A stretch of DNA of 33,248 bases from Nitrospinae bacterium RIFCSPLOWO2_12_FULL_45_22 (GCA_001803565.1 MHDQ01000302.1:1-33248), one strand, 5' to 3'. Counted from the first letter of the stretch, positions 7,140 through 16,498 are shown. Notes: generated by a model not told the origin, from the sequence alone. Made by a program: numbers and translations.

Positions 7140-8984
7140 ATGGGTAGAGTAGTAGGGATTGACTTAGGGACTACTAATTCAGTAGTAGCCATTATGGAGA
7201 GGGGAAAGCCTAAGGTTATACCTAATGCTGACGGTAACCCCTTGACTCCATCAGTGGTAGCCTTTACCCCGGATTGGAGACCTCTGGTAGGTCAGTTAGC
7301 TAAGAAACAGGCAACGGTAAATCCCGAAAAAGCCCTCTTTTCTATCAATAAAAGGATGGAGAGAAGTTCCTATGGGGAGAGGAATAATCCTGCTAGTTTT
7401 AACCAGATTATTACTTCTATCAAGAGACGGATGGGCTCTAACTATATAGTAAAGATTGATAACAGGGAATATACCCCCCAGGAGATCTCCAGCATGATCT
7501 TGCAAAAAATAAAGAGGGATGCAGAAGACTATCTGGGCGAAAAAATAGGGAAGGCCGTGATTACTGTGCCTGCTTATTTTAATGATAGCCAGCGCAAGGC
7601 TACTAAAGATGCTGCTACTATTGCTGATCTGGAAGTCATCAGGATTATTAATGAACCAACCGCAGCAGCCCTGGCTTATGGCTTAGACAAAGAAGATATT
7701 CATACCATTTTGGTTTGGGACCTTGGGGGTGGTACCTTTGATGTCTCTATTTTGGAATTAGGAGATGGCTTCTTTGAGGTTAAGGCAGTAAATGGCGATA
7801 CCCACCTGGGTGGGGATGACTATGACCAGCGAATTGTTAATTATTTAGCCGATGTTTGTCAAAAAGAGCAAGATATTGACCTCCGGCAAGATAGGATTAC
7901 CCTTCAGATACTGAAAGAAGTAGCCGAAAAGGCCAAGATTGAGCTCTCCTATGCCCTAACTACCAATATAAGTTTATCTTTGATTTACCAAGATGGTCTT
8001 AAGAACCCGGATATTATCCTGAGGAGGGAAGAGTTTAATGAGCTAACCGAGGATTTAAGAGAGCGAATGATACGACCAACGCAACAGGCCCTGGTTGATG
8101 CCAGGCTTTCTCCTGAGGATATTGATAGGGTGATCCTGGTAGGTGGGGCCACCAGGATGCCAGCGATACAGGAATTGGCTAAGACGCTCCTGGGCAAAGA
8201 GCCCTATAACCATATTGATCCAGACAAGATTGTAGCGCTGGGGGCCGCTATTCAGGCCGGTATTTTAACGGGGGAAGTTAGGAAAGTGACCTTGATAGAT
8301 GTTAATCCTTTATCTTTAGGCATCGAGACTATGGGCGGAGTATTTACCAGGATCATTGAAAGAAATACACCTATTCCTACCTCTCAAAGCCGGGTCTTTA
8401 CTACTGCTCGGGACAATCAAACAGAAGTAGATATCCATGTCTTCCAAGGAGAGCGGGCGATGGTCAGACATAATATGCCCCTGGACAGGTTCCGCCTTAC
8501 CGGTATCGAACCTCAACCCCGAGGCGAAGCCCGCATCGAGGTAATTTTTGATATTGATGTCAATAGTATTGTCCAGGTGTCAGCTATAGACCTTCAGACG
8601 GATAACCAGCAAAAGATAGAGATTAACTCGTTTGGGAGCCTGCTGGAAGAAGGGATAGACCAGATGGTTGAAGAAGCCAGGATATATGCTGAGCAAGATA
8701 GGAGAGAGCGAGAAAAAATAGAGGCAAGTATCCGGGCTAATAGTATGATTTGTGCGGCTGAGCACATGATTAAAGAGGTGGAGGAAAAAATTAGTAACTC
8801 CCTCCGGGAAGGGGTAATCGAGATTGAACAAGCTATACTCCTGGTTAAAGAGGCCCTGGCCAGTAGTAATTACCAGGAAGTAAAATCCCGAACACAAGAA
8901 TTAGAAAGGCTTATTCAGGCCAGGGAGAGAGAAAGGAGGAATAAAAAAAAGGAGATAAAGGAAGAGGAGGCGGTACTAACTTGA
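7140..8984 (+). CDS. dnaK: Hsp70 chaperone DnaK (divergent, stand-alone; no grpE/dnaJ adjacent)
   Basis: [45 protein letters not shown], substrate-binding domain and helical lid present. ORF opens at GTG 7071 but the conserved N-terminus begins at ATG 7140. Confidence 0.9.
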   Translation: MGRVVGIDLGTTNSVVAIMERGKPKVIPNADGNPLTPSVVAFTPDWRPLVGQLAKKQATVNPEKALFSINKRMERSSYGERNNPASFNQIITSIKRRMGSNYIVKIDNREYTPQEISSMILQKIKRDAEDYLGEKIGKAVITVPAYFNDSQRKATKDAATIADLEVIRIINEPTAAALAYGLDKEDIHTILVWDLGGGTFDVSILELGDGFFEVKAVNGDTHLGGDDYDQRIVNYLADVCQKEQDIDLRQDRITLQILKEVAEKAKIELSYALTTNISLSLIYQDGLKNPDIILRREEFNELTEDLRERMIRPTQQALVDARLSPEDIDRVILVGGATRMPAIQELAKTLLGKEPYNHIDPDKIVALGAAIQAGILTGEVRKVTLIDVNPLSLGIETMGGVFTRIIERNTPIPTSQSRVFTTARDNQTEVDIHVFQGERAMVRHNMPLDRFRLTGIEPQPRGEARIEVIFDIDVNSIVQVSAIDLQTDNQQKIEINSFGSLLEEGIDQMVEEARIYAEQDRREREKIEASIRANSMICAAEHMIKEVEEKISNSLREGVIEIEQAILLVKEALASSNYQEVKSRTQELERLIQARERERRNKKKEIKEEEAVLT

Positions 8985-9004
8985 TATACAGAGCGACATA
9001 ATTA

Positions 9005-9100
9005 TTTGCGCATACCAACATTGCCTGTCATTCCGGGCTTGACCCGGAATCCAGCATCTTTTCTGGATTCCGGCTTTCGCCGGAATGACGACTTATGCGT
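9005..9100. repeat. Structured palindromic element (tandem hairpins attccggg-N5-cccggaat / attccgg-N6-ccggaat with outer 10-bp inverted repeat gtcattccgg/ccggaatgac and imperfect 15-bp flanking inverted repeats)
   Basis: Read directly from 9027..9089; mutually exclusive alternative pairings are possible. Confidence 0.55.
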
Positions 9101-9232
9101 ATTTAATTTGGACGCTGTGTATAGTATAGGAATTTTCATTTTAATAATGCGGTTTTTCACTCCTCGCAACGACAGTATGTATTGAAATGTTAATTTGGCA
9201 ACGATGTACTAGAGACCCAGGAGGATAAGGCA

Positions 9233-9541
9233 ATGGATTTTCTAGGAAGGAGCAAATGGGAGACGTTAGAGGAAAAAATAGTAGATATTGTTGATGGGAA
9301 GAGACGGGTGCTGGTCATTGCTGAGATGCCCGGTGTATCCGAGGAGGAGATCAATATAGATATTGCCGGTGATGTCCTTTTGCTTCTGGCTTCCCATAAG
9401 GATAAGAAGTATTCCAATGAGATATTCCTACCAGCCAGAGTAAAAAGAGAAACTATGAAATATATCTATAAAAACGGCCTCTTAGAGATCACTATAGACA
9501 AAGAACTAGCTCGGAAACCAGGTCAATTAAATTATATTTAG
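9233..9541 (+). CDS. Hsp20-family small protein, paralogue of the GvpH-like protein
   Basis: VLVIAEMPGVSEEEINIDI … YKNGLLEITIDK, C-terminus nearly identical to 4639..5148; RBS aggagg. Confidence 0.75.
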   Translation: MDFLGRSKWETLEEKIVDIVDGKRRVLVIAEMPGVSEEEINIDIAGDVLLLLASHKDKKYSNEIFLPARVKRETMKYIYKNGLLEITIDKELARKPGQLNYI

Positions 9542-9587
9542 GACGCAGATTTCCGCAGACATTTTAGTGAGGAGTAAGCAGTGAGCC

Positions 9588-9620
9588 GTGAGCAGTAACT
9601 GCTAATTCCTTACTGCTCAC
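9588..9620. terminator. Hairpin between convergent genes (11-bp stem gtgagcagtaa/ttactgctcac, 11-nt loop), followed by TTTACAAAAT
   Basis: Inverted repeat read directly; lies between the hsp20 stop (9541) and the stop of the minus-strand redoxin gene (9755). Confidence 0.5.
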
Positions 9621-9754
9621 TTTACAAAATCTGTGTTCATCTGTGTCCAAAATGAAAATCCCTATACTATCAACCTGGACTACTTTCTCCCCCCGCTAGA
9701 TAACAAGCGCCTGGCAGGGTGGGGAAAAAATATCCCGGGGGCGATGCAAGGCTT

Positions 9755-11134
9755 TTATTCCGGGATCCTGGCCAGGATATCTTTATATGCTTTAAGGGAG
9801 TTGATTATTTTGTGGGTCTCATTCAGCCCTTCCAGGAGCAGTTTAGACGACTGGGTAGCACCGGTTATCCCATCTATATCTTCTTTGAGTGTTAATGGCA
9901 GTTTTTGGTTAGCTCGCTGAGTAACCCTCTGGAGGAAGTCCGGGGCGCTTATAAGCTCTCCATATAGATTTATATTTTCGATCAAGATAATGTTTTTTAT
10001 CTCTCCAGTGAGATCAAAGGTATAGACAAAGTGGACATTGGTGCAAACATCACAGAGGACATCTTTGAATACCTCCCGGGCGAGCACCTTCGCCCCAGTC
10101 TTATCCTTACCCAGATATACTGTATCCCCGTCCAGGTTGATCCTTTCAAACTTCTTAACCCCAGGGGCAGCCATCTCGAAATATCTCATTAATATATCCT
10201 CCGGGAGCTCTTCCCGAAAATAACTCTTTACCTTAACCAATACTGAAGCTACATTAGCCAGCGATACCTGATCGCTAATATATCTTATCTTACCTCTTTT
10301 GTTTATAATAAATACCCGGGGCAAATCCTTTACCCCATATAGGCGAGCCACTTCTTTGTTTTGGTCTACCAGGATAGGAAAATTCACATAATATTTTTTC
10401 CTGAATTCATTGACTTCGGCTGGCCTATCCCCCACGGCCACTCGAATCAAATCCACATCCTCCCGCCGGTAGGTACTATAAAGGGATTTCATTATCTCAA
10501 TAATCTGGCGGAGAGTCTCATCATGGATAGAAAGAAAGGTAAGGAGGAGGGTCTTTTTATTCAGTAGGTCTTTGAAGTTAAAAGTTTCTCCCTGACTGGT
10601 CTTGAGAGAGAAATCCGGTGGCCTATTCCATAAGTCTGCCCCAACAATCTCTTTTTCTACAATTATTCTGTCCAGAATAGATTTTAGCTCTTCATAGGTA
10701 GGCAACTTACCCCGGTATCTAATAGTCCCACTCCGGTCTATAATATCCACCAGGGGCACGGTAGCAACAAAATATTTTTTATACACTTCCTTTTTCGGGT
10801 CCGGTAGCATAAAAAACTTGGCCTTAAAGGCCTCTCTAAACTCTGAGGTCTCCTTCTCATCATTACCTATGGCCACCCCAATTACCTGCAAGTCTTTGTA
10901 TTTATGATAGATTTGGTTAACTTCATTAATCAGAGGGACATCTTCCCGACAGGTATGACAATACACATTAAAATGGACCAGCATTATGGCCTTCCCCAGG
11001 TACTGAGAAAGGATAAAGGGCTTCCCGTTAAGGTCTCTTAGGGTAAAATCAGGGGCCTCTGCACCTAACATATCAGCCATTGCTAGCCGCGGAAGAAATA
11101 GGAATATAAGTAATGCCAGCCAACCCTTTTTCAT
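9755..11134 (-). CDS. Exported protein: tandem thioredoxin-fold (TlpA/AhpC-TSA-like) domains + C-terminal FMN-binding (FMN_bind) domain
   Basis: Signal peptide MKKGWLALLIFLFLPRLAMA (start taken at M33 of the ORF). Domain 1 has CHTC. Domain 2 is paralogous but lacks CxxC. C-terminus has the DGITGATQSS FMN_bind signature. Confidence 0.75.
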   Translation of the reverse strand: MKKGWLALLIFLFLPRLAMADMLGAEAPDFTLRDLNGKPFILSQYLGKAIMLVHFNVYCHTCREDVPLINEVNQIYHKYKDLQVIGVAIGNDEKETSEFREAFKAKFFMLPDPKKEVYKKYFVATVPLVDIIDRSGTIRYRGKLPTYEELKSILDRIIVEKEIVGADLWNRPPDFSLKTSQGETFNFKDLLNKKTLLLTFLSIHDETLRQIIEIMKSLYSTYRREDVDLIRVAVGDRPAEVNEFRKKYYVNFPILVDQNKEVARLYGVKDLPRVFIINKRGKIRYISDQVSLANVASVLVKVKSYFREELPEDILMRYFEMAAPGVKKFERINLDGDTVYLGKDKTGAKVLAREVFKDVLCDVCTNVHFVYTFDLTGEIKNIILIENINLYGELISAPDFLQRVTQRANQKLPLTLKEDIDGITGATQSSKLLLEGLNETHKIINSLKAYKDILARIPE

Positions 11135-11223
11135 AAGCGCTCTCCTTGTTTTAATTTTCCGTGTCCTCTGGAATCTCTGTGGCTTTAGGTATCGTTTTAT
11201 AATCTTAACTGAATAGAAATAAA

Positions 11224-11252
11224 TTGACAAGCAGATTAATCTCTGCTAGATT
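11224..11252 (+). promoter_or_regulatory. Putative sigma70-type promoter (TTGACA-17-TAGATT) with an 18-nt palindrome AGCAGAttaatcTCTGCT filling the spacer
   Basis: Read from sequence, ~60 nt upstream of the radical SAM gene's ATG. Confidence 0.45.
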
Positions 11253-11311
11253 TATTTCACAAAATTTTAATAATTAAATTTTAATATTTCTTGGATTAAG
11301 GAGGGAAGATC

Positions 11312-12778
11312 ATGAAACTCCTATTCTTGCAGCCCCAATTAGGGGCTTGGTCTACCTGGGGGAAACATCGTGCCCCAAATATCAACCATGCCCAGTTGGC
11401 CGCTTATTTACGGGAAAAGAACCCGGAGATAGAGCTGGCTGTGCTGGACTGCCGGGCCCTGGAATTAGCTGAGGAAGAGATGCTAAATCGGGTGGGGCAA
11501 ATAAAGCCCGATGTCGTGTATCTGGGTGATATCCTCCATACTACCGGCGGGGCGGCCATTATTTACCGCTACAACCAGGCCGCCAAAAAGGTCAAGGAAA
11601 ATTATCCTGCTACCACGATAATTGTTGGTGGGCTTTATTATTCTGCTTTACCAGAGCGGATTCTAACCGAAAACTCAAGTATAGATTATGTTATTTTAGG
11701 AGAAGGGGAGATAACCCTGTCAGAATTGATGAAAGAGCTAACACGAACCAAGCCAGCTTTGGAAAAAGTTAAGGGGTTGGCTTACGGGCATAACCACCAA
11801 ATCTCATTAAACGACCCCCGGCCCCTGATAGAGGATTTGGATAAGTTGCCTTGTCCGGCCTATGATCTGTTTCCTATGGATCAATATGTGGGCTATAGCT
11901 ATTTGAAACCTTATGTGGAGACCTGGAACAGCCGGGGCTGTCCGGCGGGTTGTGCCTTCTGCTACGAATGGTCCCAATTCGATACCCGGAGCAGGAACGA
12001 TTTGAGGAATTACCGGGCCCGCTCGGGAAAACTGGTAGCCCAGGAGATGGAGTTATTAGCAAAAAAATATGGCCTGAAGAACATTGTTATGATGGATGAT
12101 GCCTTCAATGTCCAACGAGATCGGGTCATAGAGTTCTGTCAAGAGATGATTGAGAAGAGATTAGGGACGGACTGGCTAATGCTGGGTCGAGCGCCCAATT
12201 ATGTCAGGGATCAGGACCTCTTTCCCCTGATGAAAGAAGCCGGGGCGGCCTGTTGCTTGGTAGGGCTCGAAGTGGCAACGGATGATGAGCTCAAGGCCCT
12301 GAAGAAGGGGATCACTACCCAACAAGTAGCCGAGACTATCGCTAAGCTCCGCAAGGCCGGTATTGCCAGTGTCCTTACCTGGATGATCGGTTTCTGGGAA
12401 GATAGCGAGGAGGTAATAAAAGAACGGTATCGTTTTGTTGATCAGATTGATCCTGATCTTATGGCCTTACAAGTCCTGAACCCTATGCCCGGCTCCCCTT
12501 TATGGGATGAAGCCTGGAAGAAAGATTTGATAGAGGTAGATGACCTCTCGCAATGGGATTTTCACCGGCCGGTAATGCCCACCAAGTATCTGAGCCGGGA
12601 GAGGTTAGCAGAGCTAGGCGCCTGGACCCTACAGGATTTTTATCAGAAAGAGGGGCGTATTGAAAGGATCTTTAAGAACCCGGACTTTGCCCCTATGGCA
12701 AAAGTCATTTTCCAATCCTATTTGGATAATGCCGCCAATTTCGAAAAGGCCATAAAAGGTGAAGCAGTCTTTGTCTAA
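11312..12778 (+). CDS. B12-binding-domain radical SAM protein (class B)
   Basis: N-terminal cobalamin-binding-like domain; CPAGCAFC (CxxxCxxC) radical SAM motif; RBS aaggaggg. Confidence 0.8.
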   Translation: MKLLFLQPQLGAWSTWGKHRAPNINHAQLAAYLREKNPEIELAVLDCRALELAEEEMLNRVGQIKPDVVYLGDILHTTGGAAIIYRYNQAAKKVKENYPATTIIVGGLYYSALPERILTENSSIDYVILGEGEITLSELMKELTRTKPALEKVKGLAYGHNHQISLNDPRPLIEDLDKLPCPAYDLFPMDQYVGYSYLKPYVETWNSRGCPAGCAFCYEWSQFDTRSRNDLRNYRARSGKLVAQEMELLAKKYGLKNIVMMDDAFNVQRDRVIEFCQEMIEKRLGTDWLMLGRAPNYVRDQDLFPLMKEAGAACCLVGLEVATDDELKALKKGITTQQVAETIAKLRKAGIASVLTWMIGFWEDSEEVIKERYRFVDQIDPDLMALQVLNPMPGSPLWDEAWKKDLIEVDDLSQWDFHRPVMPTKYLSRERLAELGAWTLQDFYQKEGRIERIFKNPDFAPMAKVIFQSYLDNAANFEKAIKGEAVFV

Positions 12779-13391
12779 CCCCCTCCCTTTTTAACTATAT
12801 CACCGCTGAGAACGCGGAGATAAGACATAAAAGTGAGCTAAAAGTGCAAAACGCAAAGTGTAAAGCTAAGTGCTCTAATCCATAATTACGGTGATGTATT
12901 TGAGAGAAAGTGCTTATGATAAGGAAACCAGGAATACAGGAGAGGTTAACCCCGCTTAGGCGGGGTTAATTTCCTGGCCTCTTGGCTTCCTAATAAAAAA
13001 GAAGGCAAAAAATAGGCATAATACGTAACTGTATTTATGAAATGAAGCACTAAGGAATAATTCCTTAATTTTGCGCTTTTCGCTTTAATCTTTACCTTTT
13101 GTCTCTGTTTTCTCTGCCTGCTCTGCGGTGAATAGTTATAAGCCCCCCTCTTCTTCAAAAAAATCCCTTGCGGATAAGGCAATACCACAGTATTATTATT
13201 GGTGCCATAGCAGAAGAATTTCGTAACTGTTTAGCCACGAAATGACACGAAGGAGAAAGTAGTTGCAGAGCCTTACTCTGCTAAAATGGCAGCGTAAGAC
13301 GCTGCTGCTACCTAGCTTAGCGTCCTTAGTGGCTGAATAGTTACCAAGACTTTAGTTGGTTAAACAGTTAGAGGATTTATCGGTTACAAAG
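12779..13391 (+). promoter_or_regulatory. Long (~600 nt) structured non-coding region: 3' region of the radical SAM gene plus a probable long 5' leader of rne
   Basis: Multiple stable hairpins (12948..12971 ttaaccccgc-ttag-gcggggttaa; gcagagccttactctgc; cagcgtaagacgctg); no credible ORF. Confidence 0.4.
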
Positions 13392-15092
13392 ATGATTAAG
13401 AAGATGCTTATTAATGCCTCTGAGCCAGAAGAGAGCCGGGTAGCGATTATAGAAGATGGTTTATTACAGGAGCTGGATACTGAGGTAGCTACCCGGGAAC
13501 AGATCAGAGGTAATATCTATAAAGGGATTATAACTCATATTCAGCCGGGTCTCCAGGCTGCATTTGTGGATTATGGAGGGAATAAGGCCGGGTTTTTACC
13601 TATGGGCGAGATCCATCCCCAGTTCTATCTTCCGGGGACTACTGCTGATAATGTAGGCCGGCGACCACGGATTCAGGAGCTTATTAAAGAGGGCCAGGAG
13701 ATTCTACTACAAGTAGTTAAGGCAGAGATGGGGAGTAAAGGAGCGGCTTTAACTACTTATGTCTCTCTGCCTGGGAGATACCTGGTACTAATGCCGGGGA
13801 GTGATACCAGTGGTATTTCCCGAAAGATTGAGGATGAAGCCCAGCGTACCAGGTTGCGGGAAATCATGCAGCAACTGAATCCCCCACCCGATATAGGGTT
13901 TATTGTCCGGACGGCTGGATTGGATCGCGCTAAGAATGAACTCTCCCGGGACTTTCATTACCTTTATCGCCTCTGGCAAAATATCTGGGCTGAGTACCAG
14001 AAACAATCTGCCCCATCCCTCATCTATCAAGAAAGGGACTTAATTACCCGGACTATCCGGGACTATTTTACCCCGGATATCCAGGAAATATTGGTAGATA
14101 ACCCAGAGGTTTATAGGCAGGTAAAGAATTTTTTACAGTTGATGATGCCGCGGTACCAAAAGAAGGTTAAGTTATATCACGAAAAACGGCCTCTATTTTC
14201 CAAATATAACCTGGAGGAGCAGATAGAGAGTATTTATCAGCGTAAGGTTCTGTTAAAATCTGGCGGGTCTATAGTTATTGATGTGACCGAAGCCCTGGTG
14301 GCTATTGATGTAAACTCTGGCCGCTACCGACCCCAGAAAGGGATAGAAGAAACGGCCTATAGGACTAACTTAGAGGCCGCTAAAGAGATTGCTCACCAGT
14401 TACGTCTCAGAGATTTAGGGGGTATTATAGTGGTAGACTTTATTGATATGAAGGACCGGGGCCATATGTTAGAAGTAGAGAGAGTATTCAGGCAGGCCGT
14501 AAAACGGGACAAGGCCCGCATCCATGTTTCTAGAATATCCAAATTTGGTCTGTTAGAACTGTCTAGACAACGGCTAAAGACCGGCATCCGAGAAATCAAT
14601 TATTCCCCTTGTAGCCAGTGCAATGGTCTAGGGGTGATAAGAACGCCGGAAGCAGCGGCCTTATCTATTCTCCGGAAAATAAAGGCTAAGGCAGTAAAAG
14701 GGGACCTTATGACCATTAAAGGGGTGCTCAGTACCGACGTGGCTTTTTATCTCCTCAATCAAAAACGGGAAGAGCTCTCTTCCTTAGAAGAGGAGTATGA
14801 CTTGCAAATCCATTTGTCAGGAGACCCTGGGGTCTCAACTCATGAGGTCAGGCTGGAATTTATTAAGCGACCTACCCCCGAAGCAGAAGTACCCTTGTTT
14901 TCCACTGAAAGAGGAGAGACTCCGGAGAGATTCACCCCTGCAGTTGAGTCAGTGCCTTCTGAAGCCCATCTTACTTCATTATCTTCCCCAGAAGAAAGAC
15001 AAGGAGAGACAATTAGTCAAGAAGATGTCACTAAAGAAGAAACCAGAGGCCCTTTGAACCGGCTTTGGTTCTGGCGGGTAAAAAAGGCATGA
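13392..15092 (+). CDS. rng: Ribonuclease E/G family (Rne/Rng)
   Basis: S1 domain GNIYKGIITHIQPGLQAAFVDYG, RNase E/G catalytic domain, Zn-link CSQCNGLG; start ambiguous (TTG 13356 / ATG 13392 / ATG 13404). Confidence 0.85.
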   Translation: MIKKMLINASEPEESRVAIIEDGLLQELDTEVATREQIRGNIYKGIITHIQPGLQAAFVDYGGNKAGFLPMGEIHPQFYLPGTTADNVGRRPRIQELIKEGQEILLQVVKAEMGSKGAALTTYVSLPGRYLVLMPGSDTSGISRKIEDEAQRTRLREIMQQLNPPPDIGFIVRTAGLDRAKNELSRDFHYLYRLWQNIWAEYQKQSAPSLIYQERDLITRTIRDYFTPDIQEILVDNPEVYRQVKNFLQLMMPRYQKKVKLYHEKRPLFSKYNLEEQIESIYQRKVLLKSGGSIVIDVTEALVAIDVNSGRYRPQKGIEETAYRTNLEAAKEIAHQLRLRDLGGIIVVDFIDMKDRGHMLEVERVFRQAVKRDKARIHVSRISKFGLLELSRQRLKTGIREINYSPCSQCNGLGVIRTPEAAALSILRKIKAKAVKGDLMTIKGVLSTDVAFYLLNQKREELSSLEEEYDLQIHLSGDPGVSTHEVRLEFIKRPTPEAEVPLFSTERGETPERFTPAVESVPSEAHLTSLSSPEERQGETISQEDVTKEETRGPLNRLWFWRVKKA

Positions 15093-15160
15093 CCATTTAC
15101 TGCTTACTGCCGTACCCAGGAGGTATGTGCGGTGCCAGCCAGTGCTGCCACTACGGCCTA

Positions 15161-15195
15161 CAATCGGATTTGTAGTGGTCGAGCTTGCTCGATCC
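15161..15195. repeat. REP-like element: hairpin ctacaa-tcggat-ttgtag followed by a copy of the 23-nt unit TTGTAGTGGtcgagcttgctcga
   Basis: Identical over 23 nt to the arms at 7064..7130; lies between convergent rne and tsaD. Confidence 0.6.
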
Positions 15196-15204
15196 TAAAG
15201 CAAA

Positions 15205-16227
15205 CTAGGCTAGAGGGAGGTCTGCTACGGCATCTAGTTCTAAATAAGCAGGCGGAGAGGGGGCTGGTATTCCTTCAAGGCCAAATAGATAATAAGCTGC
15301 ACAGGCAATCATGGCGCCATTGTCAGTACAGAGGTAAGGGCTGGGATAATAGACGCGAACATTTGCCTCCTGGCCCTGAGTGATAAATTCTTTCCGCAAT
15401 AGGCTATTACAGGCAACTCCTCCTACTAATATTATCCTATTACTCCCTGTCTGCCGGGCTGCCTCAAAGGTCTTTGCTACCAATACATCTACGACAGCTT
15501 GTTGGAAACTGGCCGCCACATGAGGGATTATCTCCTGTCCAACAGGCGGACCCTTCTTTTTAAGATAGACCGCTACCGCAGTCTTTAGGCCACTAAAGCT
15601 AAAATCCAGGGACCCTTTATTAAGATAGGGCCGGGGGAAAGGTATAGCCTGAGGGTCTCCTTCCCTGGCGCATTTATCTATAATGGGACCACCTGGATAA
15701 CCCAGGGCCAACATTTTCGCTACTTTGTCAAAGGCCTCTCCGGCAGCATCATCCAACGTGGTGCCTAACTGGCAGAAATCACCATGCCCCCTTATCTGGT
15801 ATAGTTCTGTATGTCCGCCGGAGACAACCAGGGCCAGTAGAGGAAAGGATAGTTCCGGGTATTCCAGAAAGACCGAGTAGATATGACCAGCAAGATGATT
15901 TATGCCTACCAGGGGTTTCTTATGGGCATAGGCAATGGCCTTGGCAGTAGATAGGCCAACCAACAGGGCCCCAATGAGCCCCGGCCCGCGAGTAACGGCT
16001 ATCAAGTCTATTTCTGCCAGGGATATTTCGGCGGCTGACAAGGCCTGGTCAATAACCGGGATGATATTTTCTATATGTTTCCGGCAGGCTAATTCTGGCA
16101 CAACACCGCCATATTTGCTATGCACTTCCAACTGGGAAGCAACTATATTAGATAGTATTTGCCTACCGTCTTTTATTACTGCCGCAGCCGTCTCATCACA
16201 AGAAGTCTCTATCCCTAAAATAAGCAT
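15205..16227 (-). CDS. tsaD: tRNA N6-adenosine threonylcarbamoyltransferase TsaD (Kae1/YgjD)
   Basis: MLILGIETSCDETAAAVI… and conserved His/Asp metal site regions. Confidence 0.9.
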   Translation of the reverse strand: MLILGIETSCDETAAAVIKDGRQILSNIVASQLEVHSKYGGVVPELACRKHIENIIPVIDQALSAAEISLAEIDLIAVTRGPGLIGALLVGLSTAKAIAYAHKKPLVGINHLAGHIYSVFLEYPELSFPLLALVVSGGHTELYQIRGHGDFCQLGTTLDDAAGEAFDKVAKMLALGYPGGPIIDKCAREGDPQAIPFPRPYLNKGSLDFSFSGLKTAVAVYLKKKGPPVGQEIIPHVAASFQQAVVDVLVAKTFEAARQTGSNRIILVGGVACNSLLRKEFITQGQEANVRVYYPSPYLCTDNGAMIACAAYYLFGLEGIPAPSPPAYLELDAVADLPLA

Positions 16228-16498
16228 TGCCTAAATATCTGAAGTATCGGTTAATATTTCCTGAATGTCTCATCACGGTTCAAACCCTTAAGTCAATGAC
16301 ATTGCCTTGCGGCTACCAATTCCGCCACCCCGGCCGCCATTTTTTCCCCTAAATTTATACTACTTTTGATCAATGCGGTCAAGGGTTGGTAACTGGACAG
16401 GTTGATCAAACTATTGCAACGGGCAACAAAAAATGGTATGGTGAAATATGATAGGAGGTTCACTATAAAGTAAAGGAATATAGAGAGGAGAAAGAGCG

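Noticed and set aside
9633-10567. Plus-strand ORFs 9633..9920, 10038..10223, 10361..10567 and minus ORF 12946..13188
   Set aside because: The first three are antisense to the well-supported redoxin gene or lie in its 3' region. The fourth is a low-complexity Lys/Arg-rich translation of the rne leader. None has an RBS.
12941-12975. Hairpin ttaaccccgc-ttag-gcggggttaa as an intrinsic terminator of the radical SAM gene
   Set aside because: The 10-bp stem is convincing, but it is followed by AATTTCCTGG rather than a U-tract and lies 160 nt past the stop. It was kept only as part of the structured leader feature.
16277-16300. GGTTCAAACCC resembling a tRNA T-loop (GGTTCRANYCC)
   Set aside because: The flanking sequence does not form a T-stem, acceptor stem or anticodon arm on either strand, so no tRNA can be built.
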